Source: an uncultured cyanobacterium (GTDB lineage Bacteria > Cyanobacteriota > Cyanobacteriia > Cyanobacteriales > CAWCAG01). From it: a stretch of 64,000 nucleotides of DNA. Below are positions 1 to 10,666 of this stretch, one piece after another; the first letter of the stretch is position 1, and each line of letters opens with the position of its first letter. The stretch spans positions 224,001 to 288,000 of the forward strand of contig CAWDOD010000003.1 in the NCBI GenBank assembly GCA_963803805.1, read 5' to 3'. Both the position numbers and the translations under genes were made by a program. The notes beneath the pieces were generated by a model. The model did no database searches, was not told the origin of the DNA, and saw only the letters and a list, made by a program, of their open reading frames with translations.

Positions 1-187
1 TGGCGAACAAGGTGGAGGGTTTGTAGATATTGATTTTGGAGATATTGACTTAATACCAACCGCTACATTTGAAGCTATTACAGAGGAATTAGCTGCTGGA
101 GTAATAGGCGGAATAGCTAATGGAGTTGCGGAAGGAATAGTTGGAGGTATTGCAGAAGGAATAGTTGGAGGTTTTTTTGAATTTTAG
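1..187 (+). CDS. 3' end of a CDS truncated by the window edge, with a Gly-rich tail (..GVIGGIANGVAEGIVGGIAEGIVGGFFEF*)
   Basis: Open frame from position 2 to TAG at 185-187; repeated GIVGG motifs. Confidence 0.55.
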   Translation, partial: GEQGGGFVDIDFGDIDLIPTATFEAITEELAAGVIGGIANGVAEGIVGGIAEGIVGGFFEF

Positions 188-197
188 GCTTTCATGA

Positions 198-291
198 TAT
201 AGCAGTAGCCAAGAAAGTTAGGACGTTCTCTGTTCCCTAATTCCTTTGAACTACAGTTTATGATGTCCTAAGCAGCCTGACTGTTGCTATA
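198..291. mobile_element. MITE-like short element with imperfect terminal inverted repeats
   Basis: Left TATAGCAGTAGCCAAGAAAGTTAGGAC vs reverse complement of right end TATAGCAACAGTCAGGCTGCTTAGGAC. Confidence 0.55.
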
Positions 292-506
292 TTTAAACGA
301 CTGAGTTATTAGACTTTATCGGTTTTAAGAAAAAAAATGCTTGAAATTCCTACTGTACAGGAGTTTTAGATGTTTGCGACAAGCAAATGCTATAACCTTT
401 ACTCAGTAAGCCATTCAGCGAATTTTTCCCGCTATTTCCGATTAAGTCTATTAACTTAGTGAAATGAGCCGTACAATCTTTTGGTGTTACCTACTGTCCA
501 CCCTAC

Positions 507-1646
507 TCACTTATAACGAGGGAAATCAGGTAATTCTATAGCAGCGAAAGACTTACGTTTCTTATGGGGACGTAGAGGATAAAGTATGGGGGAGGGCCAA
601 CTTGAGGAATTAAATAAAGCCTCTTCCTCCTCTTCCTCCTTATTTGTTAGATTCTCCTCATCTTGTTGAACAACAGCTTCAGGAAGAACTTCAATTTCTA
701 TATTCTTTATCCCGGCTTCTGAACTCAAGACTAATTCTGGTTGCCAGTTAGAAGTTTCTTCTTCTGTTTGTGGGGCTTCTTGTGATTCTGAAAGAGGATT
801 GAAAGCCACCACTTTGGGGTTATTATCAGATTTTTCCGGTTGTTCAGTTTGCTCAAAATCTTTTAACCATTCTGAAGTAGGAGCGCTGTCTTTGTCTAGT
901 TGAGCAGACCAAGGTTGAATAGGAGGGGCTTTAGGAAAGAAGGTTTCTTCTTGGTTTTCCTTGGGAATTTGGGTTGGTGTCAGTTCAATTTCAGCACTTT
1001 TTGGTAAAGAACTATTAGGAACATCTAGACACTTATCTAAAGCAGCTTTAAATTGAATAGCGCGGCGTTGTTGTCTTTGGAGGCGAGAACGTAGCTCTTG
1101 GTTTTGTTGTTCTTGTTGCAGAAGTTGTTTAGCTTTTTGTTGATAGTGCTTCTGAAGGGAAGTATATTCTTGCTCTAATTGATTGATACGTTCTTGAGCG
1201 CTTTCTAATTGTTGAGATAGAGTTTCTATTAAGATTTGTTGACGTTGAGCAGTTTGATGGGAAGATTCTAACTCATGAAATAAACGGGTTAGCTGCTCTT
1301 GGGTAGCACTAAATTCCTCAGCTTGTTGAGCTAAAAGGTTGTCATTTCCCCTGGCTCGCATTTCCTGGGCTTGTAGAGTCTCCTGGGACTCTGCTAAGGC
1401 TCTTTCCAATGTGGCTACTTTCTTGATTAATACGCGGTTGCGCTGTCGTAGTTTGCTACTTAAGGCAAAGTTTTCTTCTTCGCTAATAGCGCTACTCTCA
1501 GTAAAGTCTATCACTAAGTCAGTTTCTTCAGAAGAAACAGGTTCGCCTTCTTTTTGTGCTTCAGTAGATGGCGGAAGATTTTCACCCTCTGGGAGAGGCT
1601 GAAGGGATTCTTGGGGGGAATTGTTAGGGAGATCGGCTTCACTCAT
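507..1646 (-). CDS. Coiled-coil hypothetical protein with conserved-looking C-terminal motif
   Basis: 379-aa ORF; long Q/E-rich heptad region; C-terminal WPSP..YP.RP.KKRKS.AAIELP. Confidence 0.7.
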   Translation of the reverse strand: MSEADLPNNSPQESLQPLPEGENLPPSTEAQKEGEPVSSEETDLVIDFTESSAISEEENFALSSKLRQRNRVLIKKVATLERALAESQETLQAQEMRARGNDNLLAQQAEEFSATQEQLTRLFHELESSHQTAQRQQILIETLSQQLESAQERINQLEQEYTSLQKHYQQKAKQLLQQEQQNQELRSRLQRQQRRAIQFKAALDKCLDVPNSSLPKSAEIELTPTQIPKENQEETFFPKAPPIQPWSAQLDKDSAPTSEWLKDFEQTEQPEKSDNNPKVVAFNPLSESQEAPQTEEETSNWQPELVLSSEAGIKNIEIEVLPEAVVQQDEENLTNKEEEEEEALFNSSSWPSPILYPLRPHKKRKSFAAIELPDFPRYK

Positions 1647-1777
1647 AGCTATTTTAGGGCTGGAGGTGAGAAACCCTCACCATTAGATTCTTCTATTTGT
1701 ACCATTAGCCATTGCCCAATGATAAGATCCTTAGATACATAATTCCAGGTTGGAGAGGATTTTTTTCAACGATTAAC

Positions 1778-1839
1778 GTAGGGGCAACCAGTTTTCCAAG
1801 TATAATAGACAAACCAGAGTTGAAATTGGGTCGCCCTAC
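1778..1839. repeat. GTAG-type REP-like palindromic element
   Basis: GTAGGGGCAACC...GGTCGCCCTAC inverted arms; colinear with the unit of the 22838 tandem array. Confidence 0.7.
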
Positions 1840-1869
1840 ATATTGTTGTCTGTTTATCTATGGATTAAG

Positions 1870-2919
1870 CTAATCACCCATCGCTGTTAGTAAAACCTCT
1901 TGGTGCATTAAAGCGCGATCTACTAAAGATTGGATTTGAGCTTTGTTAAGAGCTTCACCGTTAGCATATTGCTCAATCCATGTCTGACTAATCAGTGTAG
2001 GATCTTCTGGCATTTCTGCCAATTCCCAACCCGGTAGATTTAATTGTTTCATTAAAAGGCTAACCTTGGGGTCGTAGCTGATAGCAAAGCAACGGCACTC
2101 CTCGGCTGCTCCCATAATCAGGCTGTGGTAGCGCATACCAATAACCATTTCTACTCCTTGGAAAACACTTTTTAGCTGTCTAGGATCTGGGAGGGAAATA
2201 ATTTTATGAGGCCCTTGCAGTTGCTTGGCGATTGATTGAGCGATCGCCCTATCTTGGGAAGCTTGAAAGGGAACTAGCAAAATACAGGTATTGGTAGCTG
2301 CTTGGAATTGTTGTAGCCCTTGGGTTAAGTTAGCGAGGCGTTGGGAAGTTAGTTGCGGATGGGGACGAAAGGTCACAGCAACTTTAGGGGCTGGTAAATC
2401 CCAAATTCCTGATACAGGTTGTCCTTGTAAAGCCCATACAGGGTCAGGAGCAATAGTACATCGAATTTGCCAGTCTTTCATTAACTGAGCAGAAGCGCCA
2501 TCTCTGACACTCACAGCAAAGCAATTTTCTAGAACTCGTCGCGTTACAGAACGGGTGAAATTATGATTCAGAGGCCCGATTCCTTGCGCCCAGGCAATGG
2601 TTTTCAAGCCTAATTGTTGCGCTAGAGCCATCAAACCACCATAGTAAAGGGGACTGATGCGGCTAGTTACGTCTTGCATTAAACTACCGCCACCCCAAAT
2701 AAAGAAATCTGAAGTTTGTAAAGCTTTCAACACAGCGAAAGCGGACTGGCGATCACAACTTTCCACTCCATAGCGCTTTTGCGTTTCTACAGGATTTCCT
2801 GAAAGTACTAGAGGTTTTATTTGTTGGGGTAACATTTGTAGCAACGATACCAATAAGGCTTCGTCTCCGCCGTTACCTTTGCCATAATATCCACAAATGA
2901 CTGCTCTAGTTTGGCTCAT
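1870..2919 (-). CDS. csaB: Polysaccharide pyruvyl transferase CsaB
   Basis: GYYGxGNxGDEALL, GGGSLxQDVTS, AQGIGP, GMRYHSLI, SYDPKV motifs. Confidence 0.92.
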   Translation of the reverse strand: MSQTRAVICGYYGKGNGGDEALLVSLLQMLPQQIKPLVLSGNPVETQKRYGVESCDRQSAFAVLKALQTSDFFIWGGGSLMQDVTSRISPLYYGGLMALAQQLGLKTIAWAQGIGPLNHNFTRSVTRRVLENCFAVSVRDGASAQLMKDWQIRCTIAPDPVWALQGQPVSGIWDLPAPKVAVTFRPHPQLTSQRLANLTQGLQQFQAATNTCILLVPFQASQDRAIAQSIAKQLQGPHKIISLPDPRQLKSVFQGVEMVIGMRYHSLIMGAAEECRCFAISYDPKVSLLMKQLNLPGWELAEMPEDPTLISQTWIEQYANGEALNKAQIQSLVDRALMHQEVLLTAMGD

Positions 2920-3016
2920 TACGCTTAAGTAAATATATGTATACCATTAAATTTAAGGGAGTGGGAAGTACAGAGTAAACATGATGAGGTGAGAATAATT
3001 AGCTATTAGTAATTAA

Positions 3017-3994
3017 ATGAATTACTGTCTCAATCCTAAATGCAAACTACCTCACGATCCTCTGAATAGGGATAATAAATTCTGTCGCCATTGCGGTTCT
3101 TTGTTGCTACTTCAAGCGGGATACAAAGTGATTAAACCTCTCAACAAGGGAGGTTTTGGGAGAACTTTTGAAATCACTAATGGGATAGAGAATAAGGTGC
3201 TTAAGGTTTTGCTTAAAAACAAAACTAAGTTAGTTGCTCTTTTCAGAAGAGAAGCTGAAGTTTTAAGTACTTTATGCCATCCTGGTATTCCTCAAGTAGA
3301 AAAAGATAGCTACTTTGTGGTGTTTCCTAAAAATAGTGATAAGCCTTTGCATTGTTTGATTATGGAAAAAATTGAGGGAGTTAATTTACAACAATGGCTA
3401 AGGCAAAGGAATAACCAACCTATTACCCAGGAGTTAGCGATTAATTGGTTAAATCAGTTACTAGATATTCTTGAGCAAATACATCAACAACGATATTTTC
3501 ACCGCGATATCAAGCCTTCTAATATTATGTTACGCCTTAACGGTCAACTAGTTTTAATTGACTTTGGTGGAGTGAGGAAAATAACTGATACTTACGTTCA
3601 TAAATTAGCAGCAGATAAAATTACTGGCTTTGTTTCCCATGGTTATACTCCAGCAGAACAAATTGCAGGCAGGGCTGTTCCTCAGTCTGATTTTTTTGCT
3701 TTAGGGCGTAGTTTCGTTTATTTGTTAACAGGGCGATATCCCCTCGATTTTCCTGTTGAGACAGAATCAGGAAGGTTGATTTGGCGTGATCATGCTCCTC
3801 AAATTACTCCTTTAATGGGAGGGTTGATTAATTATCTTATCTCTCCTTTCCCAGAAAAAAGACCACAAAATATTCAAGAAATTAGGCAGTGTTTGTCAGA
3901 AATCGAGCCGGCAGTTAAAGCAAAATTCTACGATCACTCTACTAATTCTTATTCTGGTATTCCTACAATGCCAGCAACAAACATTGACGATTAA
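3017..3994 (+). CDS. Ser/Thr protein kinase with N-terminal 4-Cys prefix domain
   Basis: YCLNPKC...FCRHCG; GGFGRT, HRDIKPSN, DFG motifs. Confidence 0.9.
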   Translation: MNYCLNPKCKLPHDPLNRDNKFCRHCGSLLLLQAGYKVIKPLNKGGFGRTFEITNGIENKVLKVLLKNKTKLVALFRREAEVLSTLCHPGIPQVEKDSYFVVFPKNSDKPLHCLIMEKIEGVNLQQWLRQRNNQPITQELAINWLNQLLDILEQIHQQRYFHRDIKPSNIMLRLNGQLVLIDFGGVRKITDTYVHKLAADKITGFVSHGYTPAEQIAGRAVPQSDFFALGRSFVYLLTGRYPLDFPVETESGRLIWRDHAPQITPLMGGLINYLISPFPEKRPQNIQEIRQCLSEIEPAVKAKFYDHSTNSYSGIPTMPATNIDD

Positions 3995-4004
3995 AGAAGC
4001 ATTA

Positions 4005-4640
4005 ATGACTCGAAAAGTAATCATATTTGATTTCGATGGCACAATTGCTGATACTCAAGAAGCTTTTATTAGTATTTTAAATCGTCTATCCCCAGAGTTT
4101 GGTTATCAACCTGCTACTCCCACAGAAGTCTTGCAATGGAGGCACTTAAGTTCTAGGGAAATAATTAGGCGATCACAAGTTCCTTTGATGAAAATACCTT
4201 TTCTTTTAAGGAAGGCAAAAGTTGAGTTGGGCAAGGAGATAGCTACGATTTCTCCGATTGTAGGAATGCCAGAAACGTTGTTAGAACTACAAAACCAAGG
4301 CCATTGTTTAGGTATGGTTACATCTAATGTTCAAGAAAATGTAGTTAGTTTTTTAGCTGAAAATTCCTGTCAAAAGATGTTTGAGTTTATTTACCACGGT
4401 ACAAGTTTATTTGGTAAGCATAAAATACTTAATCGAGTTATTCGTAATCGCAACTTTTCCCTTAATAATGTTTTTTATGTGGGTGACGAAACCAGAGATA
4501 TTCAAGCAGCGAAAAAAAGTGGTATCAAAATGATCGCTGTGAGTTGGGGTTTCAATTCCCAAGAAATACTCTCAACCTACTCTCCAGATTTCTTAATTAA
4601 TCATCCCCGTGAGTTAGTAACAATATTGAGCGATCAGTAA
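4005..4640 (+). CDS. HAD-family hydrolase (phosphoglycolate phosphatase-like)
   Basis: IFDFDGTIADT, TSN, VGDETRD motifs; ATG at 4005 avoids overlap with the kinase gene. Confidence 0.88.
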   Translation: MTRKVIIFDFDGTIADTQEAFISILNRLSPEFGYQPATPTEVLQWRHLSSREIIRRSQVPLMKIPFLLRKAKVELGKEIATISPIVGMPETLLELQNQGHCLGMVTSNVQENVVSFLAENSCQKMFEFIYHGTSLFGKHKILNRVIRNRNFSLNNVFYVGDETRDIQAAKKSGIKMIAVSWGFNSQEILSTYSPDFLINHPRELVTILSDQ

Positions 4641-4654
4641 TAAGTGCCTATTAT

Positions 4655-5350
4655 CTAACCATCAGCTTTTTCTTGAATAACTTGATAACATTCATCAAGA
4701 GAAGCTCTTCTCGTCATCGCTTCAACTAAAACTTCGTAGGAAGAATTATATTTTTGTAGCAGATTTTGAGCTTGTAGGCTAGCCCATTGTTGTTTTTTGG
4801 GAAACTCCCTTGCTGGGAAACCTAATGCAACTAACGCTTCTTGGATTTTTTGCTTATCTTCTTCCCCTCCTTCGGCATTACCATAAACTAATTTTTCTGC
4901 GGCAATTCCTGCCATCCAAACAGTACAAAAGCGTTCTAATAATAAAGGAACTTCTTGGGTAGGAAGTTTTTTGCTAAGTAGCTTATCTGTGTCAAACTCA
5001 ACTCCTCCTAAACCTGGTTGCCCAGTTTGTAAAGCTTCCCAGGGGGTAAGGGTATAACCAAGGATGGGAATACCTAAAAAGTAAGCAGCGAGAAAATGCC
5101 CTGCTTCATGGTGAATGATTCTTTGGCGATGCTGAGGGGAAAAGGAGGCTAACCAGTCGAGAAGTAAGGTAGAGCCTTTTCCCTGTAAACTGAGGGTATC
5201 AAGGGTTCCTAAACCTAAAACAATAGCTGTGATCAAAGCTGGTACAGCAGGGGAGATTTTAAATAATGGCCCCAATAAAGAAAACATGGTGATGACAAAG
5301 ATGCCGATGGCAATGGTATTTAAAGCAGTTTGCTGCATATTGTTAAACAT
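4655..5350 (-). CDS. Membrane-anchored M41/FtsH-like Zn protease-domain protein (no AAA domain)
   Basis: Two N-terminal TM segments; HEAGHFL HExxH; MAGIAAE..YGNAEGG..D. Confidence 0.8.
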   Translation of the reverse strand: MFNNMQQTALNTIAIGIFVITMFSLLGPLFKISPAVPALITAIVLGLGTLDTLSLQGKGSTLLLDWLASFSPQHRQRIIHHEAGHFLAAYFLGIPILGYTLTPWEALQTGQPGLGGVEFDTDKLLSKKLPTQEVPLLLERFCTVWMAGIAAEKLVYGNAEGGEEDKQKIQEALVALGFPAREFPKKQQWASLQAQNLLQKYNSSYEVLVEAMTRRASLDECYQVIQEKADG

Positions 5351-5390
5351 TTATCATTTATCATTTCAGATAATCATTACCTTTATTCCC

Positions 5391-6356
5391 CTAACTCAAT
5401 AACTCCTCAGCTATTTGTTTTAAGACTTCTTTAGGGGGACGAGGTTGCCAAGCTAATTCTTGTTGGGCTTTGCTGCTATCTACCCTGACGCACCGATCAT
5501 AAACGTAGTGGAGACGTTCTTTACTTAAAGGAGGATTAAATTTGAACCATTTTCCCAAAGGATCGAGTAAGTTTCCTGCTAATCTGGCTAGGGGTTGGGG
5601 AACTTCTTTGGGGAGGGGAATACCTGTTTTTTGGCTGAGGAGGGCGAACATTTCTTGAGTTGGTAATTCTCCGGCGGAGATAATGTAATGCTCTCCTGGT
5701 GGGGCTTTCTCTTCAGCTAGTAACATCGCTTCAACTAGATCATCTACATGAACTATACCTGTGAGGCGATCGCCTCCTACCCATAGTTTTAGTTTATTAG
5801 CCAGAAAAAGTTTTAAAATCGGACCAAAATGAGGATCATCAACACCGAAGATCCCCGAAGGCATTAAACTAACTACAGGTAATCCTGACTGGGCATATTG
5901 ATCTACTAATTTTTGAGCTTGATATTTGCTGCTGTCATAAGCCGAAGAGAAGTCTTTTTGTTGACGTTGGTAGGTTTCGTTGACTATTTTCCCTTGGCTA
6001 TCTCCGTAGATGCCGATAGTACTGCAATAAATCAGCTTTTTAATACCTACTGCGTGGGCAGTTTCTAGGATGCTGCGAGTGCCTTCAACATTAACTCTAA
6101 ACATTTCTGCGGCGTTAACTATACCCAAGTCTACATAGGCAGCAACATGAAAGACAGTCTCAACACCAGTCATGGCTTGTTCTAAGGCATCTTGGTTAGT
6201 TATGTCGCCATAAACCAGTTTGAGATTATTCTTTGCCAAACGTTCTACATTACTCGAATGCCTTACTAAACCAATAACTTGATCTCCTCTTCGTTCCAAA
6301 GCTTGAACTAAATGAGAACCTGTGAAGCCATTTGCCCCTGTAACTAATGCTTTCAT
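5391..6356 (-). CDS. NAD-dependent epimerase/dehydratase family protein
   Basis: MKALVTGANGFTG Rossmann motif; YxxSK; start at MKAL chosen over the upstream track start 6383. Confidence 0.88.
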   Translation of the reverse strand: MKALVTGANGFTGSHLVQALERRGDQVIGLVRHSSNVERLAKNNLKLVYGDITNQDALEQAMTGVETVFHVAAYVDLGIVNAAEMFRVNVEGTRSILETAHAVGIKKLIYCSTIGIYGDSQGKIVNETYQRQQKDFSSAYDSSKYQAQKLVDQYAQSGLPVVSLMPSGIFGVDDPHFGPILKLFLANKLKLWVGGDRLTGIVHVDDLVEAMLLAEEKAPPGEHYIISAGELPTQEMFALLSQKTGIPLPKEVPQPLARLAGNLLDPLGKWFKFNPPLSKERLHYVYDRCVRVDSSKAQQELAWQPRPPKEVLKQIAEELLS

Positions 6357-6751
6357 GATCTTTTCGTATACCAATAAGCCCAAGCAATTAGGACAAATTG
6401 TAAAGGTAATCTAATGACATGAAACCAAGGAGAATCTGATACTTCTCCAAGGCTAATATTATTAATTGCCATATTAATGTTAGCAGGGTATACCGCAATT
6501 AATAATACGACTAAACTCCAAGCTGCACCGCGACTTAGAGAAGGTATTAATAAGCCAATACCAGCGAGAATTTCCCAGATGCCAGTGAAATAGACTAATG
6601 CCAAAGGAAAGGGTAAGATTTCTGGCACAATTTTCACAAAAGGTTCAGGAATTAGGAAATGAAGTACTCCCGGAATGATTATACAAATAGCGAGAATAAC
6701 CCGCAGTATTTCTTTGCTTTTTTGCCAAGGAAAGATTGATTTCTTTTTCAT
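6353..6751 (-). CDS. DoxX-like membrane protein
   Basis: GxxHF..P..F..IVP; TGxxEI.AG.GLL; AVYPANINMA; RLPLQ. Confidence 0.8.
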   Translation of the reverse strand: MKKKSIFPWQKSKEILRVILAICIIIPGVLHFLIPEPFVKIVPEILPFPLALVYFTGIWEILAGIGLLIPSLSRGAAWSLVVLLIAVYPANINMAINNISLGEVSDSPWFHVIRLPLQFVLIAWAYWYTKRS

Positions 6752-6757
6752 ATTTTT

Positions 6758-7816
6758 TTACTCATTTTGATAGTATTCATGGGACAAAAAAGGTAGATCA
6801 ACTATCTCTCCTAGCACATTACCAATTTGCACCTTCAAACCAGCCCCCCCAGCCTTAGTACGAATATAAGCGAGGCTAAAAGCACCTTGTTCAGTTATAG
6901 TCGAACTAGTTATTTTGCCGACTTTTTTCCCTGCTACCATAACTTCACTTCCCGGTTCTACCAGTGCAGTTGACTTCACTCCCCACAGCCTTTGCTTAAC
7001 ACCTTGATAAGTATTTAATCTAGCAATAGTTTCTTGGCCAATGTAACAACCTTTATTAAAGGAAATATTTTGCCAAAGTCCTGTTTCTAAAGGATTATAA
7101 TCTTCCGTTAATTCTTGTCCAGGAACTGGTCTACCTTGGAGAATACGCAGTTGTTCCCAAACGCAGTTCCCTAGAGGAGTTACACCTTTATTTATTAGTT
7201 GCTTCCACAAATTTGCTGCTTCTTGAATCGGTACAATTAAGGTATAACCAGGAATTTTCAAACCTGTACCTAAACAAAAACGTAGTTTGGTATTTTGAAT
7301 ATCTATTAATTGGTGGGAAAATTCTCCCCCGTCCCCCAGTTTTCCTACACCCAACTCTTGAATAACCTGATCACTTTGAGGCCCAATCAACGTAAAAAGT
7401 CTATATTCTTCGGAAATATCTGTTAGTTCTACTTTATCCATCGGAAAAAGGAAACGGTCTAACCATTTCATCATTTCTTCCCGTTTTTGAGGAGAAATTA
7501 ATAACAATAGGCTATCTTCTGTGACATAAACTGTAACTAAATCTATGTTGCGTCCAGTAGAAGTAACAAAAACTGTCTCACAACCTTGTCCTGGCTTTAG
7601 TTGATTAATTTCATTAGTACTTTGATTATGAATAAATCGTAAGCGTTCTTGATCACAAACTTTAATCAATCCCCAATGGGATCTATCCCATAAAGCAACT
7701 TCTTTTTGTGCCGCTTTTAAAGCTTTGCTGTCGTTACCAAAGCTATCAGGAACAGAAGGGTAAGAAATAAAGGTTGCCCCTGCTTGTTTTTGAATTTCTA
7801 GTAGTTCTTTAGTCAT
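6758..7816 (-). CDS. ygfZ: Folate-binding YgfZ/GcvT-family protein
   Basis: KGCYIGQETIAR signature. Confidence 0.88.
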   Translation of the reverse strand: MTKELLEIQKQAGATFISYPSVPDSFGNDSKALKAAQKEVALWDRSHWGLIKVCDQERLRFIHNQSTNEINQLKPGQGCETVFVTSTGRNIDLVTVYVTEDSLLLLISPQKREEMMKWLDRFLFPMDKVELTDISEEYRLFTLIGPQSDQVIQELGVGKLGDGGEFSHQLIDIQNTKLRFCLGTGLKIPGYTLIVPIQEAANLWKQLINKGVTPLGNCVWEQLRILQGRPVPGQELTEDYNPLETGLWQNISFNKGCYIGQETIARLNTYQGVKQRLWGVKSTALVEPGSEVMVAGKKVGKITSSTITEQGAFSLAYIRTKAGGAGLKVQIGNVLGEIVDLPFLSHEYYQNE

Positions 7817-8039
7817 TTCAACTTCTTTTGGCTTTTACAAATACAATTAAAGTATGTGTTAAATGCTACTTTTGAATTTTTAATTAACGCTGCTCCCTTC
7901 ACCAATTTGCTAAGCTAAAAGTAATGTGGTAACAGTCCTAAGCAATTTCTGTCTAGTAATCTTAAAGAGATTGGCAGGACAAAAGAATTAAAGTACTATC
8001 AATTTTCAGGTAGTTATTGAATTAACTGAGGCGAACCTT

Positions 8040-8684
8040 ATGACAGCAAGCTATGCAACCTCTTCTGCTAGAGCAGAAATGACAGAACTTCGACGCTTAA
8101 AAACTTTGTTACCGCCAGAGTTACAAAGTTGGGTCATGGTAGAAGGTACAGCAGAAGTTAACCCCCCTTTAATTCGGTGTGAAGAAATCGGTCGAGACGA
8201 AGTAGAAATTCAAATCGACTTAGCCAAGTGGGAAAACTTTGCTATTGATCAGCGTAACCTATTATTCTGGCACGAAGTTGCCCGTGTTCAAAATGATACT
8301 ATCCCCAGAGAGGGATGGGAAATGGCTGCCTTAGCAATAGGTTTAGGGGGGGCAGTAGGAGAACTTTGGGTTCAAGATGGTTTATTGCTGCTTCTAGCTT
8401 TATCCCTTTGCGGTATATCTGGCTATCGGCTTTGGCAAAAGAATAATGGAGATCGTACTTTACAAGAAGCTATTGAAGCTGATGAAAAAGCGATTATTCT
8501 TGCCACTCGCTTCAACTATACTCTCCCCAATGCCTATAAGAGTCTAGGTAGCGCCCTCAAAACAATTATTGAACAAAGCCCCAGCCGCCGTCAGCGCAAG
8601 AAGTATGAAACTCGCTTACAAGCTTTACGTCGCAATGCTTCTAAGGCAAAAGCAAAGATGAAAGAAAAACGGGGGAGTCAATGA
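8040..8684 (+). CDS. DUF3318-type conserved cyanobacterial membrane protein
   Basis: Recognised pattern ELRRLK.LLPPELQSWV, QRNLLFWHEV, AIEADE.AI. Confidence 0.7.
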   Translation: MTASYATSSARAEMTELRRLKTLLPPELQSWVMVEGTAEVNPPLIRCEEIGRDEVEIQIDLAKWENFAIDQRNLLFWHEVARVQNDTIPREGWEMAALAIGLGGAVGELWVQDGLLLLLALSLCGISGYRLWQKNNGDRTLQEAIEADEKAIILATRFNYTLPNAYKSLGSALKTIIEQSPSRRQRKKYETRLQALRRNASKAKAKMKEKRGSQ

Positions 8685-8747
8685 ACAATGAACATTGTTT
8701 CCGTATTGCTTCGTTATTCCTATAACTGAATCATTGAGCATTTATTA

Positions 8748-9548
8748 TTAGAGTTGCCCAATCATTTTATGGGTTTGGGGCAGTACCTTAACTTGGTTGA
8801 ACTTCTGAGATTGCCCTAGCTGCTTCATTAAGACTTGCCAATCCAGAATTTGCTCTGGTGTAGGAGAAACTAGCTCTCTAGCTCCTAAAGGCTTTTCTAG
8901 GGGGGTTACAGGTTGTAAGAAAATAACTATCTCCGGATTCACTTTAGCAACTAACTCAGCCGCTTGCTTCAAATCCTCTGGGTTAGTTGTTTGAGAAACA
9001 ATTATTTTCACAAAAACATCTACCGAAGCCTCCCAACATAGCTGAAGAAACTCTTTGTGTGCTTGCCAATGTTCTTCCCCGCTAGTACTAGGTAACTTAA
9101 TATCCATACCTACCAAATCGAGATAGGGCAGAATTTTACTCAAAAGTTGGGGGCGATGACCCCCAGTTTCTAGATAAATTGGTAAGGAGCTAACTTCCTT
9201 AAGCTGGGGCAAAAACTCTTGGAGGAAGGGAGCATGGAGTAGAGGCTCTCCCCCAGTTAAACTAATACTATCGTGTAGTCTTGGTCTATCTTGTTGCTTA
9301 ACCCATTGCAGCAACACAGGCAATTCCACAGGATTAGGGTAGTCGATAAAATCTCGCTTTCCGGGTGTCTGTTCAACTCGACATTTTGGAGAAAGTCCCC
9401 AAGTATGAGAACTATCACAAAAATTGCACCGCAGGTCACAAAAAGCAAAACGGATAAAAATTTGGCGAGTACCAACATTAACCCCTTCTCCTTGAATAGC
9501 AGAAAAAACTTCGACTAAGTTAGCCTTATGGGAAGATTGCTTAATCAT
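8748..9548 (-). CDS. queE: 7-carboxy-7-deazaguanine synthase (radical SAM)
   Basis: EVFSAIQGEG, CDLRCNFCDS (CxxxCxxC), TGGEPLL, C-terminal PQTHK. Confidence 0.9.
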   Translation of the reverse strand: MIKQSSHKANLVEVFSAIQGEGVNVGTRQIFIRFAFCDLRCNFCDSSHTWGLSPKCRVEQTPGKRDFIDYPNPVELPVLLQWVKQQDRPRLHDSISLTGGEPLLHAPFLQEFLPQLKEVSSLPIYLETGGHRPQLLSKILPYLDLVGMDIKLPSTSGEEHWQAHKEFLQLCWEASVDVFVKIIVSQTTNPEDLKQAAELVAKVNPEIVIFLQPVTPLEKPLGARELVSPTPEQILDWQVLMKQLGQSQKFNQVKVLPQTHKMIGQL

Positions 9549-9658
9549 AAATTTGCATAAATACCGAGTTTTTTAATTCTTGATGAAGATAGAGATTTTA
9601 GGACAGAATATTGGTCGAGCGATCAATATTTTATGACTAAAGGAAGCAGCCAGTTGCA

Positions 9659-10666
9659 ATGACTAGCCAAACCCCAGAAATTCCAGAAGCTGATTTTAAG
9701 ATCAATTTATCTGACCAGGTAGCCTGTATTGAGATGCCGGAAAGGATAACTATTTTGGAGGCTGTCGCTTTTAAAACGACATTTCAAGAACTCCTTGTTG
9801 TTACCCCTGGGCCAGAAAAAATCGTTCTCAACTTCACCAAGAATACCTTTATCGATAGCAGCGGCATTGGTGCTTTAGTTACTAATTTCAAAGCTGCCCA
9901 GAAAAAAGGCTTAGAGTTGTTACTCAAAAATGTCCATCCTCAAGTGATGGCGGTTTTTATTATGAATGGGCTTGATCAAGTTCTTGAGATTCAACCCCAA
10001 GCTAAAAAACAAATCCAATCCCCGAATAGTAATCAAGAATCTCAGCCCCCAGCAACTCACCCTTCAACTCATTCTTTGGTAAAACGATTGATAGATGTTA
10101 TTGGGGGCTTAGTTGGTTTGGTGATTACAGGGATTTTGTTTATTCCCATTGTTATAGCCATTAAACTCGAAAGTCCAGGTCCAATTTTCTTCGCCCAAAC
10201 TCGTCACGGTTGGCTAGGGAAGAAATTCAAAATCTGGAAATTCCGCTCCATGTGCATTGATGCAGAAAAAAGGAAGTCTGAGATCAAAAATCAAGCAAGT
10301 GGGGCTTTTTTCAAAAATGAAAATGATCCTCGTATCACCAAGGTGGGTAGCTTTTTAAGAAAAACTAGTCTTGATGAATTGCCTCAATTCTGGAATGTTG
10401 TTAAAGGAGAGATGAGTTTGGTGGGAACCCGTCCTCCTACTAGTGATGAAGTTGACCATTACGATATTCCCGAATGGCAAAGATTCGATGTTAAACCGGG
10501 GATGACAGGAGAGTGGCAAGTTAACGGGCGCTCACAAATTCGTGAATTTGAAGATGTTATCAAAATGGACTTGCGCTATCAAAAAAACTGGAGTTTGATT
10601 TATGATATCAAACTAATCCTCAAAACCATCTTAATTTTGTTTAATAAAAATAGTGGAGCTGTTTAA
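9659..10666 (+). CDS. STAS (anti-sigma antagonist) domain fused to bacterial sugar transferase (priming phosphoglycosyl transferase)
   Basis: FIDSSGIGAL STAS motif; KRLIDV, KFRSM, DPRIT.VG.FLRKTSLDELPQ.WNV.KGEMSLVG.RP. Confidence 0.9.
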   Translation: MTSQTPEIPEADFKINLSDQVACIEMPERITILEAVAFKTTFQELLVVTPGPEKIVLNFTKNTFIDSSGIGALVTNFKAAQKKGLELLLKNVHPQVMAVFIMNGLDQVLEIQPQAKKQIQSPNSNQESQPPATHPSTHSLVKRLIDVIGGLVGLVITGILFIPIVIAIKLESPGPIFFAQTRHGWLGKKFKIWKFRSMCIDAEKRKSEIKNQASGAFFKNENDPRITKVGSFLRKTSLDELPQFWNVVKGEMSLVGTRPPTSDEVDHYDIPEWQRFDVKPGMTGEWQVNGRSQIREFEDVIKMDLRYQKNWSLIYDIKLILKTILILFNKNSGAV

